Positions 25,055 to 39,335 are shown, counted from the first letter of the stretch. The stretch: 64,000 nucleotides of DNA from Paraspadella gotoi (GCA_051294375.1 CM119271.1:11548185-11612184); one strand, 5' to 3'. Program-made: numbers and translations. The notes: generated from the letters alone by a model not told the origin.

Positions 25055-26247
25055 GCGGCCGGCGGCGGCGGCAGCGGCGCAGACAAGGACGACAACTACG
25101 TCGCCTTGTCGCTTCCTAAGGAATTCTTTTATTTTTTCACTTTCGTCATTTTTTTCTTTAAATATTTTTGCTTCTTCTTCCTCTTTCACTCTTTCACTTT
25201 TTCAATTTTTCACTTTTTACTCTTTCACACTTTAACTCCTTCATTCTTTCACTTTTTCACTTTTCACTTTTTTCACTTTTTCACTTTTTCACTTTTTCAC
25301 TTTTTCACGTCTTTCAATTTCTCAATTTTTCACTCTTTCACCATCTCCTTATGGTTTTCTTCCTTATAAAATTTTCCATTTTCCCTTTTTCTCTTTTCCA
25401 TTTTCCTTTCCTTTTCCCTTTCCCCCTTTTCCCCTTTTCCCCTTTTCCTTTTTTCTTTTCCTTTTTCCCTTTTTCCCTTTTCCCCTTTTCTTTTCCCTTT
25501 TCCCTTTTCCTTTTTTCCCTTTTCCCCTTTTCCATTTTTTCCCCTTTTTCCCTTTTCCTCTAATATCTTTTTTTCTTTTCTCTTTCCCTTTTTCCTTTTC
25601 CATTTTTCCTTTCCCTTTTCCTTCCCTTTTCCCTTTTCCCTTTTCTTTTTTTCCTCTTTTCCTCCTTTTCCCTTTTTTTCCCTTTTCCTTTAATACTTTT
25701 TCTCTTTTTCTTTCCTTTTTCCCTTTCCCCCTTTTCCCTTTTCCCTTTCCCTTTTCCTTTTTCCCCTTCTTCCCTTTTCCCCTTTTCCCTTTTTTCCCTT
25801 TTCCTCTCCCTTTTTCCCTTTTTCCCTTTTTCCCTTTTCCCATTTTTCCCTTTTCCCTTTCCCTTTTCCCTTTTTCCCTTTTCCCTCTCACTCTCCCTCC
25901 CTATTTTTCCTTCGTGTTTACTCTTGGCCGCCATCGCTGACTTGGATTTTAAGAAGTCCTTGGCAAGAATATCTCCTCTCTCTCTCTCTCTCTCAGTCTC
26001 CTCTCTTTCTCTGTCTTGCTTTCCTTATTTTTTTCATTTTCTTTTTTCGCTTTCTGTCCTTCTCTCTTCATAATCTTATTTCACCTTGTATTGCATTAAT
26101 ATAATTTCATTATTATTATTTCTGTCGTTATGTTCTTCATTTTTTCTTTCTTCTATCTTTCTATCTCTGGATTTTTTTTCCTCTTTTTAAAAAGAAGAAT
26201 TGTCTCTCACTTCTTTGAGATGGATATGGCGTCGAAACACGAGGACT

Positions 26248-26278
<31 letters not shown>

Positions 26279-28341
26279 GGGAAAGAGAGTTTTCAATTCT
26301 ATTTCCGTTTAGAAAACCGAAGAGGTGTACCCGTATAATGGATGAGGGGCGTGGCCACCGGATATGGATTTTGAAGGCTGCTGAACCGGATTATCGATGG
26401 GACAACCGGATATGGCATGATGGGCGTGGCCTAACGGAATGAAGAGATAAAGGCGTGGCTGAACGGATTATATCGATGGAAACACCGGTATGTGATAATG
26501 GGCCGTTAGTATAACGCGGATATGGATTTAAAAGGCCAAATGCTAAAACCGGATGTGCAATAAAAAAACAGGCGCAAGGCTTAACCGGAATGTGGAATAA
26601 AGAGGCGTGGCTCAACCGATATGAATAAAGAGGCGCTGGCTCAACCCAATGCGAACAAAACGCTTGTCTCAAGGCGGATATGAAAAAATAGGCGTGGCTC
26701 AGCCGGTATGAATAAAGAGGCATGGTCCCAACCGTATGTGAATAAATGAGGTATGCTCAGCCGGATATGAATAAAGAGCGTGGCTCAAACCAGATGTGAA
26801 TAAATAAGGCTTGGCCAGCCGGATATGAATAAAGATGGCGTGGCTGCAACCGAAATGTGAATAAAGAGGCTTGTCAGCCGGATATGAAATAAAGAGGCGT
26901 GGCTCAACCGGGATAGAACAGAAAGCGAAGGATTTTTTAAAAGTCTGTCATTCAAGTTGAATTCTGAAATAAACTTCCTTCCGCTTAGTGGTTTCAACTC
27001 AAACGTTCTAGGATCCATTAACGAATAGCCTTAAGGTCGCCCCTCTCTCTTTCTCTCTCTCTCTCTAATTTCTTCTTTTTCCTTATTTCTATTCCTCTTT
27101 TCATCTCTCTTCTCGTCTCTCTATCTTCTTTATCTCTCATTCATTTCATCTCGCTCGTTCATTTAAAAAATTTATATCTTCTAGTCAAATTTTATAAAAA
27201 AATTCTTTTATTTTAAATAAAAATCTTAAAAGAAATAGGATCGAGCCTCCCCTTCATTATAACCAATATTGATGCGTGATAACCAATACTTGATGCGATG
27301 AATAACCAAATGATCGATGTGATGATAACCACAATGATTAATGTGATAATAACCAATGGTTGATGCGATGAATGTCATTTCATTGAATGTGATGATAATC
27401 ATTCATTGATATGATGAATAGTTATCATTGATGCGGATGATAGTCATTCATTGACGCAAATGAATCATTTATCATAAAGAAAAAACAAACAAAATGCGTT
27501 ATTGAGTGAAAGAGAGAGAGAGAAAGAGAGAAGAGAGAGAGAAAAGAAGAGAAAGAGAGAGAGAAAAAAAGAGATAAATCCACAAAAATCACGGATGTAA
27601 ATTTGGGATTTTTGCATAGAGAAAAAAGCCGCGGAATAAATGCGATAATAAAAGTTTTTAAAAGGAAAAAAATAATAAAAAATTTAAAAAAAAACGATCA
27701 ACCGCAAGAGCATCGTACAGAGAAAGAGACACACAGAGAGAGAGAGACAGAGAGAGACAGAAAGAGAAAGACAGACAGAGAAAGAGAGAGAAAGAGGAGA
27801 GAAAGCCTGGACCAGCCGCTGGAAGGCAGCTGATCAGTACACTGCAGAGCCTGAACTCGTTTTAAGGGTTCAGAAAAAGGCAGCCACTGAGCAAAAAATG
27901 GGAAAAAAATCTAATATAATTTAGTAAATAAAAGAAAAGAAAAAAATGTTACAATTGTTTACAATTAGAAAATTTAGCAATTTTTTTTCCTAATGCATGT
28001 AGCAGTTAACTTGTGAATTGTCTGAAATGAGATAAAATGAAAATAACACGGCTCTGATTGGTCCGAATATTTCCAGCGGTCCATCATTGGTCGAATATTT
28101 CTTCGGAGTTCTTATTTGTCTAAAATTAGATTTTCCTCTTTTCCATTCGCTGATTCTTGATCTTACTGAAAATGTTTGTTCGTTAAAAACTTTAAAATAT
28201 TTTTTTGATTATTTTCCTATTATTATAGTAATTGAATATATGAACTGATAGCCATTTGAAAGTTATCCCCATGATTCAGAATCAAGCAACAATGCAACAA
28301 ATCCATGTGGAAATGACCTTAAATTTCATGACATCAGTAAT

Positions 28342-31113
28342 GATGAATACAATCACAATCGTGTTTCTGTAATTGAAATCTTTGATAAAAGTTCATGCAT
28401 AATTATGTATAAACGCTTATATGCCCTTTTATGACAAATCAATATAGAACTAAAGGAAAAAGAATATAGAGAATACGTTAGGTTAAATTGAATCTATTAT
28501 AATTTTGAAAACTTAAAACTCAATGTTTTTTGATTTTTGTTGATATGAATTTGTAATTATTTTGAATATTTCTCATCCCTTTTACCTAAAACTTTTTTAC
28601 GCAATTCAGTTAGTACGTGGAATTTCAATACCCTGTTTTGAAATCTATTGATAACTTTGAACCAAAAAATTATTGGACTAGAAGTGACAATGTCAAATCT
28701 AGAAGTCTTATTGACTGTAATAGTTTTTGAAGTAGCTCTCTGACTTAACAGAATTAGGTGAAAGTAGAGATAATTTATGAACGGAGATAAATGTTTTCCG
28801 ATCACGCTCCCTACAATTACTACTTGATTGTAGAAATTTGATACCGCAGTACGTTTTTACCAACAATAGTCAATCCTATTTTAATTGGTCCTAGTTTAAA
28901 AAGATGAAAAATATTTCTAGCTTATCAGAATCAACTGAAAGTTGAAACTCGAAAAAATGTATGTTCCTTTTATAATATAGTTCATAGGTCGAGAAGCATA
29001 TGTAACTGTAATGAACATATTTTTGACCTTGAGAGATATCTTGAAGACATAATAGCTTCTATCAAAATTGCAGATTTGTGTTTACCACGTAGTAATACCC
29101 GAAAATTTCAAAAGACTATTTGGGAATGATGAATTAACGAGGTTTTAAAGAAAGTTATCTTCTATCGACTCATTCCAATTATGGAAGGCATCCGGTAAAC
29201 ATCTTTCTGGACACCTAATACATAACGCCAAAGTTAAGGCTCATTATTCATCATAAAAATTGTTTACGAAAATCAAAAAAACTTTTCATTATGATACTTC
29301 AAATAGATTAACCCATTTATGTGTGAGAAAAATGATCAAAGAATTTTTGGAAAACCGTGGGAAAAATAATACAAGGAAAGAAACTCTGATTTAATTCATT
29401 GATTCCAATTACTGACAAGTCTAAAATTGGTTGATCATTTTGGCGTCAACACTTTAAAAGTATTTTATGATGATTTTTGATCCATTATTAAATGAAAATT
29501 TAAAGATTCATTTAAGAACGAGTATTTAACGTTATGAATCCAAACATTGTAATGATTCTACTTAACGGTTTACTATTTGTCTTGGAATGATAATTTTAGA
29601 CGCAGCATCTAAAATAAAGGCTGGAAAAAGTTACTGCAGATTTTGTTAAGAACGGGATATATATTTATGCACGCTTCACAAATTGGTTTGTACATCTCAA
29701 ATTTTTATTTAATGGTCTTAACAGCACGGTTAATGTTGGTAATGATTTTTTTGCTGGAGTGTTATTGTTCCTATAGTAAAAGACTATAGTGGTGATATTT
29801 ACAGTGCTAAAAATTATAGAGGAATAAATTTAAGTTCTGTTTTTAGTCAAATGTTGAACAATGTTACTTTGAAAATCGGACACTATTTGAGTCTGATGAT
29901 CTTCCCAGTTTGGTTAACAAAAAAAATCATTCTAACTTCCTCATGCCTGTTTTTGTCTATGCAAGACGTGTGGTTAATCATTTTTTGCAAATGGTTCTGG
30001 TTGGTGTTTGCTACATTCATGGATTGCTCAAAAAGGATTGACAAGGTTAACCATTTATGGTTTATTTTTAAAACTCATAAAGAGAAAAATTTCCTGTATG
30101 TTTTTTACGACTTATTACTTACTGTACCTTAATCTCCGCAGTAGGTGTAGATGGTTGACATCTTTTCAGATTATTTTCTCTATTGTTTCTTGGGGTTCGT
30201 CAGGTGGTATTTTAAAGCCCCTATTACTGTGGGGCAGTTTATGTGGATGACTTGATAAATTCAATTACCGAAAATCCTGGGTTTTGGTTGCCATAATAGA
30301 ATCATTTTATTTGCTGCTAGCATTTTTTACGGATGACGATATATGCTTTTGTTATCTCCAACAATTTCTGGTATGAAAAAAAATGATTGATATATGTGCT
30401 AACTATAGTAGTAGCAATGCTTTTGAGTTCTTAATTTTAGAAAAACAAAAACAATTGTATTTTGGCAAACAAAAGTATTGTATCAACAAAGATTTCTTTA
30501 CTAATTAAAGGAAAATATCATTGAATTTCCCGTAGACGATGGAAATATCTCGGTTTTAAATCTTAGTAATGGAAAAAGCATTTGTCTTTGACCCATTATC
30601 TGAGTTAATCCTCTTCTAGCCGCTTCTAGCAATTGTCATCCTTAATTCCTTATATAAACCCTCAGAAGAAGTTTTAATGCGTTTTGTAACTACACCAATT
30701 GTGTCAAATACTTACGTACGGAAGTGGAAGTGAAGAGTATCTTGCAAAAGATATGACCAAAGTAAATGTAGCAATAAATGATGGTATTAGAAAAATTTTT
30801 GGTTGGAATGATGGGAGAGTGTACGATCATTAAGGTCCTCATTTTTGGATATAATGATAATCTATAAAATTTTTGGCTTGTAGATCAAAAAACTTTGAAT
30901 CCAAGCTTTTTTTTCCTCCTAAGAAACAATATTCCCTAAAAATCTTGTCATGCTTATTGTTGATTTTTTTTTTCTTTTTTTTTTTTTCGTTCTGTTAATT
31001 TAAATATTATATTTTGTTGAATTGTAAACTGCACAATTTATGCGTTTATCTGTATGCTGTAGCCTTTTGAATGTACTGTTTCAAACTAATTGTTGTAAAC
31101 GAATAAACACAAT
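28342..31113 (+). mobile_element. 5'-truncated non-LTR retrotransposon (APE + RT type), frameshifted
   Basis: APE remnants NAYMPFYD (~28413) and SDH.P (~28797). RT motifs NYRGI (~29810), QFG (~29906), FMDCSK..DKVNH (~30016), GVRQGGILSP...VYVDDL (~30192), Y.DD.CLLSP (~30328) and WKYLG (~30540). AATAAA at 31102 then an (AAT)n tail. Absent from the paralogous copy at 40186. Confidence 0.9.
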
Positions 31114-31288
31114 AATAATAAATATAAAATAACTATCGAGTTTTATTAAGGCAGGAAAATTATTCTGAAATAAACCAGTTGAACTGGAAATATGTAAGAA
31201 AATCTTTTTACGTGGAAATATTTAAACCGTCTCTCTCTCTCTTTTTTCTCTCTCTCTCTTTCTCTTCCTATCTTCCATTTATTCTTTA

Positions 31289-31341
<53 letters not shown>

Positions 31342-33012
31342 ATCCTCTCTCTCCCTTCTCTCTATTTCACAGTTCCTTTAAATCCGTCTCTCTCTCTCTT
31401 CTTCTCTCTCTCTCTTTCTCTCTTCTCTCTCTCTCTCTCTTTCTCTCTATTTCACAGTTCAAAGTGACTCGCTCTCTGTCCTTTCTTTGCGCTTTTTTCG
31501 CTTTTCATGTTTTGAATTTTCCTTCAGTAAATTTTTGTTTGAACTCAATTCCCGACCCTTAACGCGGAGCCCAGCACCTTAACGCCCGCACAAGTTTCTC
31601 TCTCTCTCTCCGCTCCTCTCTCTCTCCTCTCTCCTTCTTCTTCTCTCTCTCTTCTCCTTTCTTCTCCTCGTCTCTCTCTCAGTCATCTCTCTCTCCTCTC
31701 TCTCTCTACGACCCGATTTGCCAGTTTTTTCTCGCTTTTATTATGTTTTTCCTCCCCAATAATAAAAAAATAAATAATAAACCAATGTTTTCTTCAAATC
31801 TCTGAAAAAAATCGTTTATTTCTTTGAGAAAAAAAACGAGAAACTTGTGAAAATCAAATTCGTTCACAAACTAATTCTTTAAACTAAAATCACAAATCCC
31901 AAATCTGAAAATAGAAAATCCTAAATCTTAAATCTTAAACTGGGAAGATGGAAATAACAAATTAAGAAAATAATTATTTTTGCTTCTTTGTTCAATTTTC
32001 TTTCTTTTTTAGTTTTATTCTTGTCTTTCGCTAATTTTCTCTCTTGTGCGACGACAACGACGACGACAACAAAAACGACGACAAGCGAAAAAAAACGACA
32101 ACGACGATAACAACAAACAACGACGACAACTAGGACGACAACAACGACAACGAACCGAAATGACGACAACAACCAACGACGACAAACAACAACACGACGA
32201 CAACTAAGGAACGAAAACAACGAACAAACGACGAAAATGACGAAACAACAACGACGACGAACAACAACAAACAGCGACGACGATTTCCTCCCAATAAATG
32301 ATTCCAGAAGAACCTGAGCTCAAATTCTAAGGCGGCGGCGGCGGCGGCATCGGCGGCGCGGCGGCGGCGGCGGCGCAGGAGAGGAATTTCTAAGAAATGG
32401 ATGAGTGATCTGAAGGTAAGGATAATAATAGAAGAGTGAGAGAGAAGAGAGATAGATGGAGCGAGATAAACGATTTATCTCAAAGATGGATTTCCTGAAT
32501 AGTCGCAGCGGTAAACGAAAGAATGAATAAATTGAAATAATTCAATGAATGAATGAAAATGAATGATGAATAATTGATGAAATGAATGAATGAATGATGA
32601 ATGAATGAATGAATAATTGAATGGAATGAATGAATGAATAAATGAAATGGATAATTGAGAAAGAAAAGAGGAGGAGGAATGAGGAAGACGAGGAGGAAGA
32701 AGAGAAGGAAGAGGGAGGAGGAAGAGGAGGAAGAGGGAGGAAGAGGAGCTGAAAGATTACGAGAAAAAAAAAATTGTTTTCAACTCAGAAATTAAATTTC
32801 AATAATAAGATTCAATTCCGCTCTATCTCTCTTTCTGCTCTCTTCTCCTCTCTCTTTTTTTTCTCTCTCTCTCTTTCTCTCTTTCCTCTCTCTCTTTCTT
32901 TTTTATTCTCTCTCTCTTTTTTTTTTTTCTCTCTCTCTCTTTTCTCTTCATCCTCTCTCTTTCTTTTTCTCTCTCTCTTATTTCTCATCTCTCTCTCTTC
33001 TTTCTTTCTCTC

Positions 33013-33149
33013 GTTCCTCCCCCTTCTCCATCTTAAGAGAGGAAAATGTGTTCGTGCGAGAAAAACAACCAAATCAAAAATACCATATGAATAAAACATG
33101 GCGGAGTGCGGGAGGCGGCCGAGTGCGGCGCGGCGTCGCGGCGGGCGGC

Positions 33150-33186
<37 letters not shown>

Positions 33187-33708
33187 AGCGGCGCAGACAA
33201 GGACGACAACTACGTCGCCTTGTCGCTTCCTAAGGAATTCTTTTTATTTTTTCACTTTCGTCATTTTTTTTCTTTAAATATTTTTTGCTTCTTCTTCCTC
33301 TTTCACTCTTTCACTTTTTCAATTTTTCACTCTTTTACTCTTTCACACTTTAACTCCTTCATTCTTTCACTTTTTCACTTTTTCACTTTTTCACTTTTTC
33401 ACTTTTTCACTTTTTCACTTTTTCACTTTTTCACTCTTTCAATTTCTCAATTTTTCACTCTTTCACCATCTTCCTTATGGTTTTCTTCCTTATAAAATTT
33501 TCCATTTTCCCTTTTTCTCTTTTTCCATTTTCCCTTTTCCTTTTTCCCTTTTCCCCTTTTCCCCTTTTCCCCTTTTCCTTTTTTTCCTTTTTCCCTTTTT
33601 CCCTTTTCCCCTTTTCTCTTTTCCCTTTTCCCTTTTCCTTTTTTCCCTTTTCCCCTTTTCCATTTTTTCCCCTTTTTTCCCTTTTCCTCTAATATCTTTT
33701 TTTCTTTT
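33013..33708 (+). repeat. Direct duplicate of about 24880-25580
   Basis: Shares catcttaagagaggaaaatgtgttcgtgcg, the (GGC)n block, and the (tttttcac)n and (ttttcc)n arrays. Confidence 0.92.
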
Positions 33709-33711
33709 CCG

Positions 33712-36500
33712 AAAGGGAAAAGGGAAAAATGGAAAAGGGAAAAAGGGAAAAAGGGAAAAAGGGAGAGGAAAAGGGGAAAAAAAGGGAAAAGGGGAAAAGG
33801 GAAAGGGGAAAAAGGAAAAGGGAAAGGGAAAAGGGGAAAAGGGGGAAAGGGAAAAAGGGAAAGAAAAAGAGAAAAAGTATTAAAAGGAAAAGGAAAAAAA
33901 TGGGAAAAGGAGGAAAAGAGGAAAAAAGAAAAGGGAAAAGGGAAAAGGAGGAAAAAGGGAAGGAAAAATGGAAAAGGGAAAAAGGGAAAGAGAAAAGAAA
34001 AAAAAGCATATTAGAGGAAAAGGAGAAAAAGGGGAAAAAATGGAAAAGGGGAAAAGGGAAAAAAGGAAAAGGGAAAAGGGAAAAGAAAAGGGGAAAAGGA
34101 AGTGGAAAAAAGGGAAAAAGGAAAAAAAGGAAAAGGGAAAAGGGGAAAAGGGGAAAGGGCAAAAGGAAAGGAAATGGAAAAAGAGAAAAAGGAAAATGGC
34201 AAAATTTTATAAGGAAGAAAAACCATAAGGATAGATGGTGAAAGAGTGAAAAATTGAAGAAAATTGAAGACGTGAAAAAGGAAAAGTGAAAAAGGTGAAA
34301 AGTGAAAAAGTGAAAAAGTGAAAAAGTGAAAGAATGAAGGAGTTAAAGTGTGAAAGAGTAAAGAGTGAAAAATGAAAAAGCTGAAAGAGTGAAAGAGGTA
34401 AGAAGAAGCAAAAATATTTAAAGAAAAAAATGACGAAGTGAAAAAATAAAAAGAATTCCTTAGAAGCGACAAGGCACGTAGTTGTCGGTCCTTGTCTGCG
34501 CCGCTGCCAGCCGCCGCCGCCGCCGCGCCGCCGCCGCCGCCGCGCGCCGCCGCCGCCGCCCCGCCGGCCGCCGCCCGCCGCGACGCCGCTGCCGCACTCG
34601 GCGCCTCCCGCACTCCGCCATGTTTTATTCATGATGGTATTTATTGATTTGTTGTTTTTCTCGCACGAACACATTTCCTCTGCTAAGATGTGAGAAGCGG
34701 GGAGGGAAGGGAGAGAGAGAGAGAAGAGAGAGAGAGAGGAGAGAGAGAGAGAGATAGGAAGAGAGAGAGAGAAGAGAAAGAGAGAGAGTTAAAGCTGTAA
34801 AGTACTTGAGCGTGAGCGAAAGATAAGCATGTGTTAGAAAATCGATGTGAAATAAAAATTGTTATAGATCAACAAAATTAAGCAGAGATCGCGCTAAATT
34901 ATGAATGATTTGAAATTATAAATTCGAAAGAATCGAATTGACAAAAGGTTTACAAACAAACAATTCAATAAGATTAAGCTAGTATCTCTTTTTAAGATTT
35001 TGGACAGGCCGTTATTCTTTTTACAATATATAGGTAACAGGCGACAAGATCTGCCGTTAGTTTTAAAATCTTAGCAATCTCCTCCTCAGTCCTATTAATG
35101 TAATTATGTAAGAAAACTTAAAAAAGTCTATGTAAAATACATTGAAAATTAGAAATAGATATAATTTTGTGAGTTGTCTGGTGTCTTGCTACTGTTATCT
35201 TTTTTTCGTCTCTTTGTCTGACAGATTTTTTAAAAAGAGAAGGTTTCCGGATGTACAACTAACCGCTTTATCATTTCCGTATGAAAACCCGCGCTGTGTG
35301 GAATGTCAAATGAGACGGATACGCGTTTGTTCGATACAACAAAAAAATAAGAGTTTTCTTTTTATCTTTTCTTTTCTTTTCTTTTCTTTTCTTTTCTTTT
35401 CTCTTTCTTTTCTTTTCTTTCCTCGTTCCTTTTTATTTTCTGCCTCATTTGATTGCAGTTAATCTTTAAGCAGAATATCAATATTTTTGTTAAGACATGA
35501 CCGTATTATTCCTGTCTATCACTAAATGAAAAATTTCCAAAGCTTAATTCTTATTTGCTTATAAGCGCAATAGTCCTGATAGCCTAAAGCTAAACGCCTT
35601 ATGTAGTTAGAGCCCTTTTTCGCAAATACGTAATATCTTCATCTGAAGACTAAACTGAAAAAGCGATTATGAGCCATAGTTTTAAAGTCTCTTGCCAAAG
35701 TTCCCAAAATCAAATAGTCAAAGTTCAGTACAAAGTCTACAAAGTTACCAAAGTCACAGTTCCAGCCAATATATGTCCAAAGTCTAAATCCTCAAAAAGT
35801 CCAAGAATTCAAAAGCCCTCAGTTTCAAAGAGGTCCCAAAGTTCAAATTCCCACGTCGACCACAAAAACAGGCGTCGAAGCGTCAAGACCGCGGCTCCGC
35901 GCGCTCTTAGGCGGGCGACGGTCTGCGGCTGGCGGCGGCAAGCTGCTGCGGCTCTGGAGTCGAGTCCGAGGGGCGGCTGTGGCGGCGGCTACGGCTTGCG
36001 CGGCTGCGGTGCTTGTCGTGCACGATAATAATTTCTTAAGGGCCGCTATTAGTGACTGCCGATGGCGTGCGGAATGGCGACTGCGTGGGGGAGGGTGTGC
36101 GGAAGCCGAAGAATGAAGTGAAAGATTAAGAAGAAAAAGGAGTTTGAAAAAGATTAGTGTTTTGGCCGAAAAATGTGGCGAGAGCATTATAAATACAAAG
36201 TATATGCTTTGGTCGGAGTCGTCCAATTTGACGTATTATATTCTTCATTATGGGATATCTAAAGACTGTTTGTTCTATAATTCTGTATGGCGATGGTTAG
36301 GGTGATCAGTTCTTTGTTCGTGTTCGCTTGTTCATCTTTATTTTGGGAAGAATTAAGTTTGAATTTTTTTTTCGGCTTTTGTGGATAATGTTGAGAATTT
36401 ATGTTCAATGCGAGAATAGTTGAATGTGCTAAGGATAGTATCTTTACGGCTAGGTGGGCTGACAAGACTAAATTGGTTGGACGAAAAACCCGAGCTAGTT
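33712..36500 (-). repeat. Inverted duplicate of about 25855 back to 23230, with identity decaying toward the right end
   Basis: Reverse-complement matches, e.g. cgcacgaacacatt (34662) vs 24908, tttcgcaaatacgtaatatc (35618) vs 23992, and gatcagttctt (36304) vs 23371. Confidence 0.92.
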
Positions 36501-38147
36501 TGCTGGGACGAATGTTAGCGCACGAAATAACTCGCGGAGTAAGAAAAGTGAGTCACGAACAGGCGGCCATAAGGTCCGTGTGCATGGAAGCAGGCGACGA
36601 CCGTGGTGCGCGGGAAGAGAGAGGAGATGGAGAGAGGTGATCAGTAGAATATGGTTCGGGGACGAAACGAATTGCACGATAAGTTAACGAATTAAGGACT
36701 ATGGAAATTTAAGATAAAGGAATGAGGGTACGATAACATATTCCAAGATGACATAACTGAGGCGAGAGGGAGAAGGAGTGAGAGATGTAGAGAGAGTAGT
36801 TGAAGATATTTACCTGTCGTTAGAAGAACTGATCTTTTTGGGACCGCAATAATGCAGAGAAACCAGTCTTTTACCTTCGCTAATTAGAAAGAAAAAGAAA
36901 AGTAGAAAAGGAGGAAAGAGAGAGGTTATATTATCCGTTAGTCATGAATCTTTTAACAACATGGGAACCATCTTTACTCCCGGCTATTTAATAAAATATC
37001 TGCAACGTTGCTCTGTTTTGCTGCTTCGAATTATGCCAATTTCTCTGCTTATTTCAATCGCACGTTTACTTCGAAAGTTTGGAAACATGTAATATTTTTA
37101 ATACTGACTTATAGGTATATTCGCTCAAATTTCTAAAAGTTCGACGTGTATACCAGGTCCGTTTTAATGGTTTTTAATCCAGTATTTCTTAATAAGTTTT
37201 TAATGCGTTTTATAATCTCGAACATTTTATATAATCGTTGTATAATCTATTTCACAGTACTCAGCGCGGCATGCTTTCTCGTGATCCCATCCGACGCTTT
37301 TGCGATGCTTTTAGGCGTGCTTTTCATCGTGATCCCATTCCGACGCTTTTTTGCCCGATGCTTTACGGCTGCTTTCGTCGGAATCCTTCCGACAGCTTTT
37401 CCGCATGCTTTTTCCGAATGCTTATTCCGATGCATTACGGCTGCCCTTACGATTTTATTACGCAATTCATTATGGTTCTATTACTATTGGGGATGTTTGT
37501 TATTTTAACGTTATTACTTCGTTAATGTTATGTTATATACAACAATATATGATTTGCTTAAACTGTAAAACACGTTCTTCAATGCTTAAAGGTCATACAA
37601 AGTGAATATGCCCGCACCTAGGTTTAGTAGGAAAAACCTAACATTTCCTGACTGAGTTTTACTATTCCGTTGCTCATGGCTTTTCCATTTCATTTCCTAT
37701 ATCTTTGATTTCGGACTTTTGTTTGTTTATAANNNNNNNNNNNNNNNNNNNNNNNNNCCTTTTCCCTTTTCCCTTTTTCCCTTTTCCCCTCTCACTCTCC
37801 CTCCCTATTTTTCCTTCGTGTTTACTCTTGGCCGCCATCGCTGACTTGGATTTTAAGAAAGTCTTGGCAAGAATATCTCCCTCTCTCTCTCTCTCTCTCA
37901 GTCTCTCTCTTTCTCTGTCTTGCTTTCCTTATTTTTTTCATTTTCTTTTTTCGCTTTCTGTCCTTCTCTCTTCATAATCTTATTTCACCTTGTATTGCAT
38001 TAATATAATTTCATTATTATTATTTTGTGTTAATGTTCTTTCATTTTTCTTTCTTTCTATCTTTCTATCTCTGGATTTTTTTTCTCTTTTTTAAAAAGAA
38101 TTGTCTCTCACTCTTTTGAGATGGATATGGCGTCGAAACCCGAGACT

Positions 38148-38185
<38 letters not shown>

Positions 38186-38224
38186 AAGAGAGTTTCAATT
38201 CTATTTCCGTTTAGAAAACCGAGA

Positions 38225-38805
38225 GGTGTACCCGTATATGGATGAAGGGGCGTGGCCCAACCGGATATGGATTTGAAGGCGTGGCTGAACCGGATATCGA
38301 TGGGACAACCGGATATGGATGATGGGCGTGGCCTAACCGGATGAAGAGATAAAGGCGTGGCTGAACCGGATATCGATGGAACACCGGATGTGGATAATGG
38401 GCGTAGTATAAGCGGATATGGATTTAAAAGCAAATGTAAAACCGGATGTGCATAAAAAACAGGCGCGGCTTAACCGGATGTGAATAAAGAGGCGTGGCTC
38501 AACCCGATATGAATAAAGAGGCGTGGCTCAACCCAATGCGAACAAAAACGGCTTGTCTCAGGCGGATATGAAAAAATAGGCGTGGCTCAGCCGGATATGA
38601 ATAAAGAGGCATGGCCCAACCGTATGTGAATAAAGAGGTATGGCTCAGCCGGATATGAATAAAGAGGCGTGGCTCAACCGGATGTGAATAAAGAGGCTTG
38701 GCTCAGCCGGATATGAATAAAGAGGCGTGGCTCAACCGAATGTGAATAAAGAGGCTTGGCTCAGCCGGATATGAATAAAGAGGCGTGGCTCAACCGGATA
38801 TGAAC
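38225..38805 (+). repeat. 29 bp minisatellite (ccggatatgaataaagaggcgtggctcaa), also at 26335-26915
   Basis: About 19 tandem units, more homogeneous at the 3' end, with alternating variants there. Confidence 0.9.
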
Positions 38806-38923
38806 AGAAAAGCGAAGGATTTTTAAAAGTCTGTCATTCAAGTTGAATTCTGAATAAACTTCCTTCCGCTTTGATGGTTTCACTCAAACGATCTAGGATC
38901 CATAACGAATAGCCTTAAGGTCG

Positions 38924-38955
<32 letters not shown>

Positions 38956-39149
38956 ATTTCTCTCTTTTTCCTTATTCTATTCTCTTTTCATCTCTCTCTC
39001 TCTCTCTCTTACTTCTTTATCTCTCATTCATTTCATCTCGCGTTCATTTAAAAAAATTTATATCTTTAGTCAAATTTTATAAAAAAATTCTTTTATTTTA
39101 AATAAAAATCTTAAAAGAATAGGATCGAGCCTCCCTTCAATTATAACCA

Positions 39150-39335
39150 AATATTGATGCGATGATAACCAATACTTGATGCGATGATAACCAAATGATC
39201 GATGTGATGATAACCAAATGATTAATGTGATAATAACCAAATGGTTGATGCGATGATAGTCATTCATTGATGTGATGATAATCATTCATTGATATGATGA
39301 TAGTTATTCATTGATGCGATGATAGTCATTCATTG
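39150..39335 (+). repeat. About 22 bp minisatellite (ttgatgcgatgataaccaaat shifting to tcattcattgatgcgatgatag), also at 27265-27455
   Basis: Tandem units visible by eye. Confidence 0.8.

Noticed and set aside
26335-26915. 29 bp repeat array as a CRISPR array
   Set aside because: Units are head-to-tail with no unique spacers, no cas genes are present, and the context is eukaryotic.
36500-36840. High-complexity sequence suggesting a foreign gene
   Set aside because: It continues the decaying inverted copy of about 23.2-22.9 kb and looks like a low-quality read tail.
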